The position numbers and the translations under genes were made by a program. The notes under the pieces were generated by a model. The model saw only the letters and a program-made list of their open reading frames with translations, was not told the DNA's origin and did not search any database. Of a DNA stretch of 47,473 bases, positions 17,813 through 26,661 are shown in pieces; within the stretch, counting starts at the first letter, position 1, and every line of letters begins with the position of its first letter. This stretch comes from Candidatus Aenigmatarchaeota archaeon (GTDB lineage Archaea; Aenigmatarchaeota; Aenigmatarchaeia; CG10238-14; SCSR01): NCBI GenBank assembly GCA_016187405.1, contig JACPJS010000004.1, forward strand, positions 1-47,473. Reading direction: 5' to 3'.

Positions 17813-18814
17813 ATGGGAGATTGTCCGTTCAAACCATATATCAGCTGTTATTTTTCCGATAGATGCCCTGGCAACAAACCAGCTCATTGTACATATGATC
17901 TTCTGTTAGCACACGGAACATCAACACTCGATAAAGATGCGATAGAAAATAATTACAAAGTCAAGCCAATTGAACAGGTTATAGATGAACTCAACAAAGC
18001 TGATAATTATGTATTTGATGAAAGCGGTAATCATAGAGATTTCACAAAGTTGCGAGCCGGCAGAAAAATAGAACCCTATCCATTCCAACCAGTTTCAGGA
18101 GACATGTATCATATCAGAGGAAGTGAGTTTGTTTCACGATCACATTTGGGGAGATTGGTGGGAAAAATGCGTTTTCCAGTTTCCTTCCCAGATCATTATA
18201 GGGATGCTGGTATTGCCATAGACGCAGTCGTCACGCATCAAGACCACGATGATTATGTTCATAATCAAACTTTGTCCAATCCAATGAACAGAAACGAATA
18301 TTGCCAGAAGGAAGTCTTTGCAGATATAGGTGGTTTGGTGTTCATGGGTCACATAGACGTTTCATTGAGAATGGGCGATACACTTGTACTATTGGATGTC
18401 AAAAGAGCAGCACAGTCAAATCCAGGACACAAAAAACAATTGTTGTCATACGCTCTTGCAGTAGACAGAGCAGGCGAGTTTGATGATTATGTTCTGGTAA
18501 ATATGAATCACGTGAATAAAATAAGTTCACGCCCGATGAATCCGAGGTTTGAAGTATTACATATTGACAAGGGAACATCAAGAATGATACCGGCATTATC
18601 AGAAGAAGCGAGAAAATCATTTACGATACAACAAAGCATGATGGCCAATCCTGATATCATGCGTGCATTGTGGGAATTAGAAAGGCCTGATGGCAAGAAA
18701 TCTCTAATATACAGAGGACTAGTTCCGTATGTCCAATATCTTTTTGATCACATGGATGAAAGGTTCGATCTTCTAGATCCCAAGTTCAGAAGAGGATTGG
18801 AATTAGCAGCTTAA
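17813..18814 (+). CDS. PD-(D/E)xK nuclease (Cas4/RecB-like core) with N-terminal Cys4 motif
   Basis: GHIDV...LLDVKR, then QLLSYALA (QxxxY); N-terminal C-x7-C-x5-C-x7-C. Confidence 0.8.
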   Translation: MGDCPFKPYISCYFSDRCPGNKPAHCTYDLLLAHGTSTLDKDAIENNYKVKPIEQVIDELNKADNYVFDESGNHRDFTKLRAGRKIEPYPFQPVSGDMYHIRGSEFVSRSHLGRLVGKMRFPVSFPDHYRDAGIAIDAVVTHQDHDDYVHNQTLSNPMNRNEYCQKEVFADIGGLVFMGHIDVSLRMGDTLVLLDVKRAAQSNPGHKKQLLSYALAVDRAGEFDDYVLVNMNHVNKISSRPMNPRFEVLHIDKGTSRMIPALSEEARKSFTIQQSMMANPDIMRALWELERPDGKKSLIYRGLVPYVQYLFDHMDERFDLLDPKFRRGLELAA

Positions 18815-18854
18815 CTATTTTTATTTCAATCTACCAATTAGAAGAAGTGATATT

Positions 18855-19145
18855 ATAACAGATTACCAGAAAGTTGACAGCGAACTGATAAAGAGAATCG
18901 CAAAGAATGCAAGACTGAATTTGTCAAGCGAAGAGATAGAAAAATTCACGAAAGAACTGAAAGATATTCTGCAAGCATTCAAAAGTCTGGACGAGATTAA
19001 TACCGATAAAGTTGAACCGTCATTTCATCCGCAAAAGATTTCTGATGTGTATAGGGAAGACAAACCTGAAAAATTCGAATGGAACCCATTAGGAAATGCA
19101 GAACATAAAGAGAAAAAATATTTCAAGGGACCGAAGATCATATGA
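18855..19145 (+). CDS. gatC: Asp/Glu-tRNA amidotransferase subunit C; start extended upstream of the ORF-track TTG
   Basis: In-frame upstream codons read VDSELIKRIAKNARLNL (GatC first helix); then EEIEKF..IL..F..L.E, REDK, YFKGPKII. Confidence 0.85.
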   Translation: MTDYQKVDSELIKRIAKNARLNLSSEEIEKFTKELKDILQAFKSLDEINTDKVEPSFHPQKISDVYREDKPEKFEWNPLGNAEHKEKKYFKGPKII

Positions 19146-19867
19146 AGCTGAACGACAAAGTAGCAATTGTAACAGGATCCAGTAGAGGTATAGGAAGAGC
19201 AACTGCTGTAAAATTGTCAAAGGAAGGTTATAGAGTTGTAATTAATTATAATGAAGATTTGGATGGAGCTAATAAAACAAAACAATTGTGTGAAAAAGAT
19301 TCTTTAATTATAAAGGCCGATGTTAGTAAAATTGCTGAATGTAAAAAACTTGTTGATGAGACTTTGAAAAAATTCGGTCGAATAGATGTTTTGGTTAATA
19401 ATGCAGGGGTTGCAAATAAATTACTAGTTGAAGATGTTACTGAAAAAGATTGGAATTACATAATCGAAACAAATTTGAAAGCCGTATTTTTCCTTAGTCA
19501 ACTAGTTTCAAAAAATATGAAAAGTGGAAGTATAGTTAACATAAGTTCGATACGTGCTTTTGATGGCAGACCTGGAAGAAGTGTATATGATATTTCAAAA
19601 GCTGGTATTGTGAGATTAACTAAAGACTTTGCGCTTGAACTAGGCGGTAGAAAAATAAGAGTAAACTCCATTGCACCAGGATATGTAGAAACCGACATTA
19701 ACAAATCCATGACAAAAGAAATTAGAGAACAGATGACACAACAAATTCCAATGAAGAGATTTGGTGAACCTGAAGAAATTGCAAATGTTATAGCATTTCT
19801 TGTTTCTGACGAAGCAAGCTACATAAATGGCGAAGTAATTGTTGTTGATGGTGGTTTTCTGTGCTAA
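19142..19867 (+). CDS. SDR-family oxidoreductase, FabG-like
   Basis: TGSSRGIG, NNAG, YDISK, PG.VET, VDGG. Confidence 0.92.
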   Translation: MKLNDKVAIVTGSSRGIGRATAVKLSKEGYRVVINYNEDLDGANKTKQLCEKDSLIIKADVSKIAECKKLVDETLKKFGRIDVLVNNAGVANKLLVEDVTEKDWNYIIETNLKAVFFLSQLVSKNMKSGSIVNISSIRAFDGRPGRSVYDISKAGIVRLTKDFALELGGRKIRVNSIAPGYVETDINKSMTKEIREQMTQQIPMKRFGEPEEIANVIAFLVSDEASYINGEVIVVDGGFLC

Positions 19868-20328
19868 ATCTGAAAAAAATAATTACAAAATATTTGAAAG
19901 AAGCTAAATTAATGCAGATAGCAACTTCTAAAAACAATAAACCATGGGTAGCAACAGTTTGGTATGTTCAAGATGAAAAATTGAATCTTTACTTTATTTC
20001 TAGAAGAAGTAGGAGACATTCGTCGGAATTAAAAGACAATCGTAATGTTGCTGGTGCGATAGTTAAACCACATACAAAAGGCAGTGGTGAAAAAGTTGTA
20101 GGACTTCAATTTGAAGGTACATCACATGATCTTACAGATGAACCAAATGAAATAAAAAAAGCTGATAGACTTTATCATAAAAAATATTCCTTAGCAGAGC
20201 ATATATCACTAAAGCAGTTAACTGATCCAAAGTGGGTAGCAACTTATTATGTAGTTCATCCAAAAGTTTTTGTTTTATGGGACGAGATTAATTTTCCCGA
20301 CAATCCACGGCAGGAGTTCAAGTTATGA
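19861..20328 (+). CDS. Pyridoxamine 5'-phosphate oxidase-like FMN-binding protein
   Basis: MQIAT...KPWVATVWY...LYFIS...RHS..L..N..VAGAI...GLQFEG. Confidence 0.8.
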   Translation: MLNLKKIITKYLKEAKLMQIATSKNNKPWVATVWYVQDEKLNLYFISRRSRRHSSELKDNRNVAGAIVKPHTKGSGEKVVGLQFEGTSHDLTDEPNEIKKADRLYHKKYSLAEHISLKQLTDPKWVATYYVVHPKVFVLWDEINFPDNPRQEFKL

Positions 20329-21716
20329 AGTTGGAAAAAATTTCTGTAAGGGATTTTGTAAGAGATGTTAAAGCTGGAAATATCGATTTGGAAGATTTCG
20401 CACAACATGTTGTTGAGAATTCAAAAACAATCCAGAAAAAATACAACCCGTTCATAACTCTTATCGACAAAATAAAAAAACCGAAATCATCTGGAAGACT
20501 TGCAGGATTGCCGATCACAGTAAAGGATAACATTTGTACGAATGGAATCCAAACAACCGCAGGTTCAAAAATATTGAAAGGATATATCCCGCCATTTGAT
20601 GCGACATCAGTATCAAATGTGAAAGAGGAAGGCGGATTTATTTTAGGAAAAACTGCAATGGATGAATTTGGTTTTGGTACATTCTGCACTAATTGTGCAT
20701 ATGGAGTTCCTAAAAATCCTCATGATGTAGAAAGAAGTTGCGGTGGTTCATCCGGTGGTGCGGGCTGCATAACAGCAGCAAGCGATTTTCCCACAATCGC
20801 ATTGTCAGAATCAACAGGAGGAAGCATATCAGCTCCGGCATCATTCACAGGAACAGTGGGATTGACACCTACATACGGATTGGTTTCACGATGGGGATTG
20901 ATTGATTTTGCAAACAGTCTGGATAAGATCGGGGTTATTGGAAAATCTGTCTACGATGTTGCATTGGGATTGTCTGTTATCGCCGGAAATGATAAGAAAG
21001 ATTCCACTTCACTAAATGTTCCTAAGAAAGATTATACGAAAACTCTAACAGGAAAAATAAAGGGAATGAAAATCGGAATACCAAAAGAATATTTTGATAA
21101 TGTCGATGATAAGATTTCTAAGATTGTTTGGGCTGCCATAAAGAAACTGGAAAAGGAAGGCGCAACATACAAAGAAGTTTCATTGTCACATACAAAATAT
21201 ACAATATCGTCTTACTACATAATTGCTGTATCAGAGGCTTCCACAAACCTTGCGAAATATTCTGGATTGAGATACGGATTGCAGAAGGAACTTCATGGCA
21301 ACTTTGATCAATACTTTTCTTCAGTCAGGACCGAAGGTTTCGGTGAAGAGGCAAAAAGAAGAATAATTCTTGGCACATTCGCACGTATGGCAGGTTATCG
21401 CGATGCATATTATTTGAAAGCACTAAAGGTAAGAACCAAGATAATAGAGGACTTCAAAAAAGCTTTCAAGAAGTTCGATGTATTGGCTGCACCGACTATG
21501 CCAATTGTTGCACCTAGATTTGACGAAATAGAAAAATTATCACCATTGCAGAATTATACAACTGATATTCTCACAGCCGCACCGAATCTCGCAGGTATAC
21601 CTATGATTTCTGTTCCTGTTGGTAAGATTGGGCACTTACCAGTTGGCTTCCATTTGATGGGCGATCATTTACAGGAGGAGAAGATTCTGCGTATTGCTGA
21701 TGCCATTGAGAATTGA
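20325..21716 (+). CDS. gatA: Asp/Glu-tRNA amidotransferase subunit A
   Basis: VKDNI, GKT.MDEF, GGSSGG, TGGS, EASTNLAKY.G.RYG, GFGEEAKRRIILG. Confidence 0.95.
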   Translation: MKLEKISVRDFVRDVKAGNIDLEDFAQHVVENSKTIQKKYNPFITLIDKIKKPKSSGRLAGLPITVKDNICTNGIQTTAGSKILKGYIPPFDATSVSNVKEEGGFILGKTAMDEFGFGTFCTNCAYGVPKNPHDVERSCGGSSGGAGCITAASDFPTIALSESTGGSISAPASFTGTVGLTPTYGLVSRWGLIDFANSLDKIGVIGKSVYDVALGLSVIAGNDKKDSTSLNVPKKDYTKTLTGKIKGMKIGIPKEYFDNVDDKISKIVWAAIKKLEKEGATYKEVSLSHTKYTISSYYIIAVSEASTNLAKYSGLRYGLQKELHGNFDQYFSSVRTEGFGEEAKRRIILGTFARMAGYRDAYYLKALKVRTKIIEDFKKAFKKFDVLAAPTMPIVAPRFDEIEKLSPLQNYTTDILTAAPNLAGIPMISVPVGKIGHLPVGFHLMGDHLQEEKILRIADAIEN

Positions 21717-21789
21717 CGCCATATCTTTCCATAATTCCCTTAACATAACCAGCTCTGTAGTATCTTTTATGCCCTTCAATAACATATTC

Positions 21790-22035
21790 TCAGTTGTCCC
21801 TTATCACAATTTGTCTTAGAGTATCCTCACTAATTTCAAGAATGAATGCAACTCTACTTAAACCAAGAAGCTCGTCATCGTTACGTAAATACGAATCTCT
21901 TTCATCTTGATCTGAAGGTTTTGCCTCTCCAATCCTAGTGAATATTATATGGCCATTGATACAATGATACTCCTCTTCATTTTTGCCAATAAGTTTACTA
22001 AAAATTTGTCCGCCACATTTAGTGCAAGTTTCCAT
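21790..22035 (-). pseudogene. Zn-ribbon plus HTH protein interrupted by an in-frame TGA
   Basis: METCTKCGG...YHCINGH, then LLGLSRVAFILEISEDTLRQ; the frame continues past TGA as EYVIEGHKRYYRAGYV. Confidence 0.45.
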
Positions 22036-22058
22036 ATCTAAACACTTCCCAATTAACC

Positions 22059-23225
22059 TTAAGTTCTTATGAACTGGCTCAATTTTCTCTGTTGAATTGT
22101 TTCTCTTAATAAATTGCTCTGCTTTATCCATTCTTTCATAGGAGTCTTTACTCTTGTCCCAACATATTCAAGCACCGTATTTATAGAATCGAATTTCTTA
22201 GGCTGTTTCTTCATGGCTTCTCTGACATTCTCTCTAACATTCCAGACACCCAATGGGATATATCCGGGATACGCTTCCCTGAATATTATCACAGCAGCCT
22301 GTCTCTTTTCATTCTCAAGTAATTCATTCACAGCCAGTCTTGCAGAATAATACGCTCCTCCTATAGACGCATAACCTTTCTTACCATCGAACCTTTCATA
22401 ATCAGATCCAACCTCCAATTTGTCACCAATTATATTGGGGAACCAAACCTCCATGCTCTCATAAAACCATCTCATCGGAAGCAACATTATTACGAACTTG
22501 TTGTTGATATTTTCAGATTCGTAAACACGATACCCTTCTATCATTGGGTATGATTTTATTTTTTCCAAAAGATGCAGTGACAACATATCGTCTACTGCGG
22601 TTATGCTCCATTTTGTAGGTACGAGTTTTCTATTTTTCTCCAAACCGAATGCACCAACGCTCAAAGCCTTTTGAATCGCAGATACCACCAATCCATTATT
22701 GTATAAATTTACAACCGCTTCTTTTGATTTCAAGTCGGTGTCATAATAAAATTTTTCCATATGGCGTTCCATCTTGCCTGATGTTACTCTCATCTCCTTC
22801 AATTCTGCACTAGGACCAAACGGTTGGATATCCTCGTTGAAGAACACGCCTCTCGGTTTCTTTGTGAATTCAGCTTCAAGCTCCAGAGAATTTTTAGCAA
22901 GTGCGATCTCCTGTAATTTCAACGCAGTCTTGCTCTGGACGTCTTTTATATCCAAAGTCTCCTTTCCACGAACTAGTGACAGCCTGAAATTGATTACATC
23001 TTCCACTGTCTTGTTTGTCTTGAACCATTCCTCCGGCAAGTCCATCATCATCGTATCTCCATGAACGGGAGGAATCAACGGGCCTACAAAAACCTTAGGA
23101 TAACCTTCTTTACCAATGAAGACTGAAGGTGGCGATGCACCAGAAACACTCTCCCCTACCTCGATTGTTTTGAAATTAAATCTCGAATACAGGTGGTTAA
23201 GATAGGTAGCTTTACCTTTTATCAT
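22059..23225 (-). CDS. nreA: Nre-family DNA repair protein
   Basis: SPPSVFIG..GYPKV, RKLVPTKWSITAVDD, GGAYYSARLA, PLGVWNVRENVR, C-terminal PIP QRKLSQF. Confidence 0.92.
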   Translation of the reverse strand: MIKGKATYLNHLYSRFNFKTIEVGESVSGASPPSVFIGKEGYPKVFVGPLIPPVHGDTMMMDLPEEWFKTNKTVEDVINFRLSLVRGKETLDIKDVQSKTALKLQEIALAKNSLELEAEFTKKPRGVFFNEDIQPFGPSAELKEMRVTSGKMERHMEKFYYDTDLKSKEAVVNLYNNGLVVSAIQKALSVGAFGLEKNRKLVPTKWSITAVDDMLSLHLLEKIKSYPMIEGYRVYESENINNKFVIMLLPMRWFYESMEVWFPNIIGDKLEVGSDYERFDGKKGYASIGGAYYSARLAVNELLENEKRQAAVIIFREAYPGYIPLGVWNVRENVREAMKKQPKKFDSINTVLEYVGTRVKTPMKEWIKQSNLLRETIQQRKLSQFIRT

Positions 23226-23321
23226 AATTTAATAGAATGATTAGTGTTAGAAATAGTTATTGGAGGTTCATTTCCCACATCTTTCAAAACGTTTAAGTTC
23301 TTTTCTATACTTTAATTAATC

Positions 23322-24095
23322 ATGGTGGTAGCAACTCAAGAGTTTCAATATCAAAAAGTTCCACAAATAGGACTATACGTAGCTGCAACCAAAGCTTTAG
23401 ATGAAACAGGAAGACCGCTTGAAACAGGAAAACCACTAGTTGGAATAAAATGGTATCCTACTAAAGAATGGGTTCAACATGCAGGATTAATTCTGCCAAC
23501 ATCAAACCAATGGTCTATATCAAGAGATTATTTTCAAATAGCCCACCCTGAAATAGCGGACGACATGAGTACTAGTCCAGCAGAATGGACTGATTCACTG
23601 CTTGCACATCCAAGAGATGGGAAATACGCATCAAATCTAAACAATTCAAGAATTCCAGCCAAATGTAAATACATACTATTGATTGAAGGATCGACTGTGA
23701 TCCTAGATAAAAAACGAGGTTACGTTGTTGACGGTGGAGAAGTGACAGAACTGCCAAACTTTCCAAAGAAATCAGATTATCCAGAACAACCTATTCCAGA
23801 ATTGGGACTGATTGAAGGAGTTTACTTGATAAATTCAGATTTCAGTTCTGAGGAAGGTCTAAGACCTGTCGTTCGTGGGCGTAACTGGGGTGGCCCCATT
23901 GAACATTTGGACGCGATTGCGCTCAGTAGACCTTCAGTTTCAGATCTGAATATTGGCTTCCGTCCGGCACACAGAAGACTGGTCGAAACAGAACCTGAAA
24001 ATGATCAAGACTTTGTTAGAGTTCCTCGAAGTGAATACGAAAGTTTGCTAGGAGACTCTGTAGCATTGAAAAAGGTTGGACAAACTTTAGGTTAA
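23322..24095 (+). CDS. Hypothetical protein
   Basis: 257-aa ORF with TATA TTTAAG upstream; the VVRG...IGFRP end loosely recalls FGE/C-type-lectin-like folds (weak). Confidence 0.6.
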   Translation: MVVATQEFQYQKVPQIGLYVAATKALDETGRPLETGKPLVGIKWYPTKEWVQHAGLILPTSNQWSISRDYFQIAHPEIADDMSTSPAEWTDSLLAHPRDGKYASNLNNSRIPAKCKYILLIEGSTVILDKKRGYVVDGGEVTELPNFPKKSDYPEQPIPELGLIEGVYLINSDFSSEEGLRPVVRGRNWGGPIEHLDAIALSRPSVSDLNIGFRPAHRRLVETEPENDQDFVRVPRSEYESLLGDSVALKKVGQTLG

Positions 24096-24157
24096 ACAAT
24101 AATTATTTAGCGATGAAATACTACCCTATAAAAATTCCTGTGTACATAGTAAATATT

Positions 24158-25552
24158 ATGAAAGCTATAATGGGTTTGGAAATACACGTTCACCTACTAA
24201 GTGAGACCAAACTATTCTGCAGTACGTCTACCGATTATGAAAACAAGGAACCGAATGAGAACACTTGTCCGATATGTCTGGGATTCCCAGGTTCCAAGCC
24301 GCAGTTCAACAAGAAGATACTCGAATATGCATTGATGGTATCAAAAGCATTGAATTGTGAAATATCACCGGAGATGTTCTTCTCAAGGAAATCTTATTTC
24401 TATCCAGACATGCCGAAGAACTTTCAAATCACACAATATGAAATCCCAATCGCAAAGAACGGGCATTTGATAGTAGGCAACAAGAAAATCCGAATAAGGC
24501 GTGTGCAGATTGAGGAAGATCCTGCAAAGATTGTTCATGTCGGCGGTGGCATTACGAATGCACAATATACGTTGATAGATTACAATCGTTCTGGTGCGCC
24601 GATGGTGGAGATAGTTACAGAACCTGATTTTGAGAACACTCAACAAGTTAGAGAATATTTATCCAAACTACAATCTATACTGGAACATCTTGAGGTTTAC
24701 GATTCTGGTAAGGAAGCGTCATTGAGAGTCGATGCAAATGTTTCGATTGAAGGAAGCAAGAGGGTTGAAGTCAAGAACATTACAGGATTTGTGAATGTCG
24801 AAAAGGCGTTGAACTATGAAGTCATTCGACAGAAGAATCTTTTGCAGATGGGAATAAAAATTGAACAGGAAACAAGACATTTTGACGAGACTACAAAAAC
24901 AACCGCATCATTGAGAAAGAAAGAAACTGAAGATGACTATGGATATATTTTCGAACCTGACTTACCAAGATTTACAATTTCTTCCGCGACGATCAAATCA
25001 ATAGAAAAACTTATGCCAGAGCTTCCGGATGCGAGAGTTGCAAGATTCGTGAAGAAATACAAAATAGCAGAGAACCAAGCACAAGTTCTCGTTTATGGGG
25101 ACAAGGCACTAGCTGATTTCTTTGAAGACTGTGTTATGGATTTCAAGAAGCCAGAATTCGTCTCACGATGGATAATTACCGATTTGTTGAAGATATTGAA
25201 CTGGAATAGTCTGACGATAAGAAAATCCAAATTAACCCCAAAGAATTTTATAGAATTTCTGAGAGCAATGGGCAAAGGAGAAATAACAGAGAGATTAGGT
25301 AAAGAGTTAATAAAAGAATTAGTACCTACAGGAAAATCCGTAAAGGAATTAATGAAAGAGAAAAAGGTTCCACAGAAAATTGATTTGAAGTCCGTAGTGA
25401 ATGAAGTGATAAAAGAAAATAAGAAAGCTGTTGATGATTACAAATCTGGAAATGAGAAAGCATTACAATTCTTAATAGGACAAGTGTTGAGAAAAACGAA
25501 GTCTGCTGCAGATCCGAACAAGATTAAGGAACTATTGACGAAGATGCTATAA
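24158..25552 (+). CDS. gatB: Asp/Glu-tRNA amidotransferase subunit B; start revised to MKAIMGLEIH
   Basis: GLEIH, CPICLG.PG, RKSYFYPDMPKNFQITQY, DYNRSG.P..EIVTEPD, RVDANVS. Confidence 0.96.
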   Translation: MKAIMGLEIHVHLLSETKLFCSTSTDYENKEPNENTCPICLGFPGSKPQFNKKILEYALMVSKALNCEISPEMFFSRKSYFYPDMPKNFQITQYEIPIAKNGHLIVGNKKIRIRRVQIEEDPAKIVHVGGGITNAQYTLIDYNRSGAPMVEIVTEPDFENTQQVREYLSKLQSILEHLEVYDSGKEASLRVDANVSIEGSKRVEVKNITGFVNVEKALNYEVIRQKNLLQMGIKIEQETRHFDETTKTTASLRKKETEDDYGYIFEPDLPRFTISSATIKSIEKLMPELPDARVARFVKKYKIAENQAQVLVYGDKALADFFEDCVMDFKKPEFVSRWIITDLLKILNWNSLTIRKSKLTPKNFIEFLRAMGKGEITERLGKELIKELVPTGKSVKELMKEKKVPQKIDLKSVVNEVIKENKKAVDDYKSGNEKALQFLIGQVLRKTKSAADPNKIKELLTKML

Positions 25553-26449
25553 AAGTTTTGGCATGTAGTTCAAAAATTGTTCTAGATTTCTTAGAGTCAG
25601 TTGAACTTTGTCAGGGTCCGATAAAACTCCTGCAAGTCTATAAACTTCATGAGCTACAGTAGTAATTGTTGTCGCTACTACACCCACTTCTGCAATCCTT
25701 TCTCCTCTTCCGTTAGAAAACAAACGCCTAAGACCTTTCCCTATGCAGAATATACTTCCAATTAATGCAGCACCGATAAGTGCACCGTATAGTGCATAAT
25801 TGATATCGTAAGTTGTAACTTGCACAGGGTATGGAAAATGTTCAGTACCTGCAGGTACAGGTTTTGTACCTACAAGTTCCCTAACCAAATAAAATGGTTC
25901 CTTATCCGTAACAGGCACTCTCACACTTACAGTTTTTGGCACTTCTGGTAGAATCAAAGGCCTTCCAGGGTATATCTCATCACCCAATATACCATCTGGC
26001 GCATTTACAACCCTACCGTTTACGACAGATTTTGTGTCAAGTACAATTTCAGGATTTGCTTTAACGTTCGGGGTATAAGTTGCAATTACATTGACTTGTT
26101 TTGCAGTTTCCTGATCAGTCTTTAAATCAAGATAGCGTTCTTCCGTAATCCGCCAAAGAGTCTGATTTGGTCGTATTGTTATATTTTCATCTTTTTTTAC
26201 AGTTTGTGGAACAAAGATTTCTCCATGTTTATCCTCAAACTTATAACCAACAATTAATCCTGGGCCGGTATATTCCAAAGGTTTCACCACGGTCGTGTCG
26301 CTATATACAGATTCTTCTCTTGTCGTAGGTCTTTCACCGTCTCTAGTCTCAGTGCGATACCCTTCAGAAGCTGCATATCCTATTATACCACCGACTCCCG
26401 CACCAGCAGAAATACTAGCCACATTAACAGCAGCTTTAATCAGTTTCAT
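25547..26449 (-). CDS. Membrane-anchored protein with a LysM-like domain
   Basis: TIRPNQTLWRI...ANP...IYPGRPLILP; hydrophobic segments at both ends. Confidence 0.55.
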   Translation of the reverse strand: MKLIKAAVNVASISAGAGVGGIIGYAASEGYRTETRDGERPTTREESVYSDTTVVKPLEYTGPGLIVGYKFEDKHGEIFVPQTVKKDENITIRPNQTLWRITEERYLDLKTDQETAKQVNVIATYTPNVKANPEIVLDTKSVVNGRVVNAPDGILGDEIYPGRPLILPEVPKTVSVRVPVTDKEPFYLVRELVGTKPVPAGTEHFPYPVQVTTYDINYALYGALIGAALIGSIFCIGKGLRRLFSNGRGERIAEVGVVATTITTVAHEVYRLAGVLSDPDKVQLTLRNLEQFLNYMPKLL

Positions 26450-26575
26450 TAAAAATCAATGATAGTATAGTAATCCAGTAATTATTTATCCTTGAACAAG
26501 GTTTAGACAGTATTTAAACTTTTTTTAAAAGAATTTCCAAAAGCTATTTAAGTTTCTTTCAGATATTCTATTAAT

Positions 26576-26661
26576 GCCTCATTAGCTCAGTAGGTAGAGC
26601 AGCACGCTGTTAAGTTTCTGCAGATACGTGAAGGTCCGCGGTTCGAGTCCGCGATGGGGCG
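26576..26661 (+). tRNA. tRNA-Asn(GTT) with 13-nt canonical 37/38 intron (26613-26625)
   Basis: Acceptor GCCTCAT/ATGGGGC-G; CT-GTT-A|AGTTTCTGCAGAT|A; CTGT/GCAG central helix of the BHB motif. Confidence 0.93.

Noticed and set aside
14574-18814. Casposon or CRISPR adaptation module (PolB plus Cas4-like)
   Set aside because: No Cas1, no terminal inverted repeats or target duplication seen, no array, and the PolB lacks polymerase catalytic motifs.
18800-18814. C-terminal LAA as an ssrA-like degron on the nuclease
   Set aside because: Three residues can match by chance, and archaea generally lack tmRNA and ClpXP.
20800-20840. GatA SESTGGSIS instead of GSDTGGSIR
   Set aside because: The Lys, cis-Ser and nucleophile Ser positions are retained, so it is treated as a lineage variant rather than loss of function.
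21790-21792. Genome-wide TGA recoding
   Set aside because: Conserved genes (ftsZ, gatC, gatA, dph2, rnhB) end at TGA at their expected C-termini.
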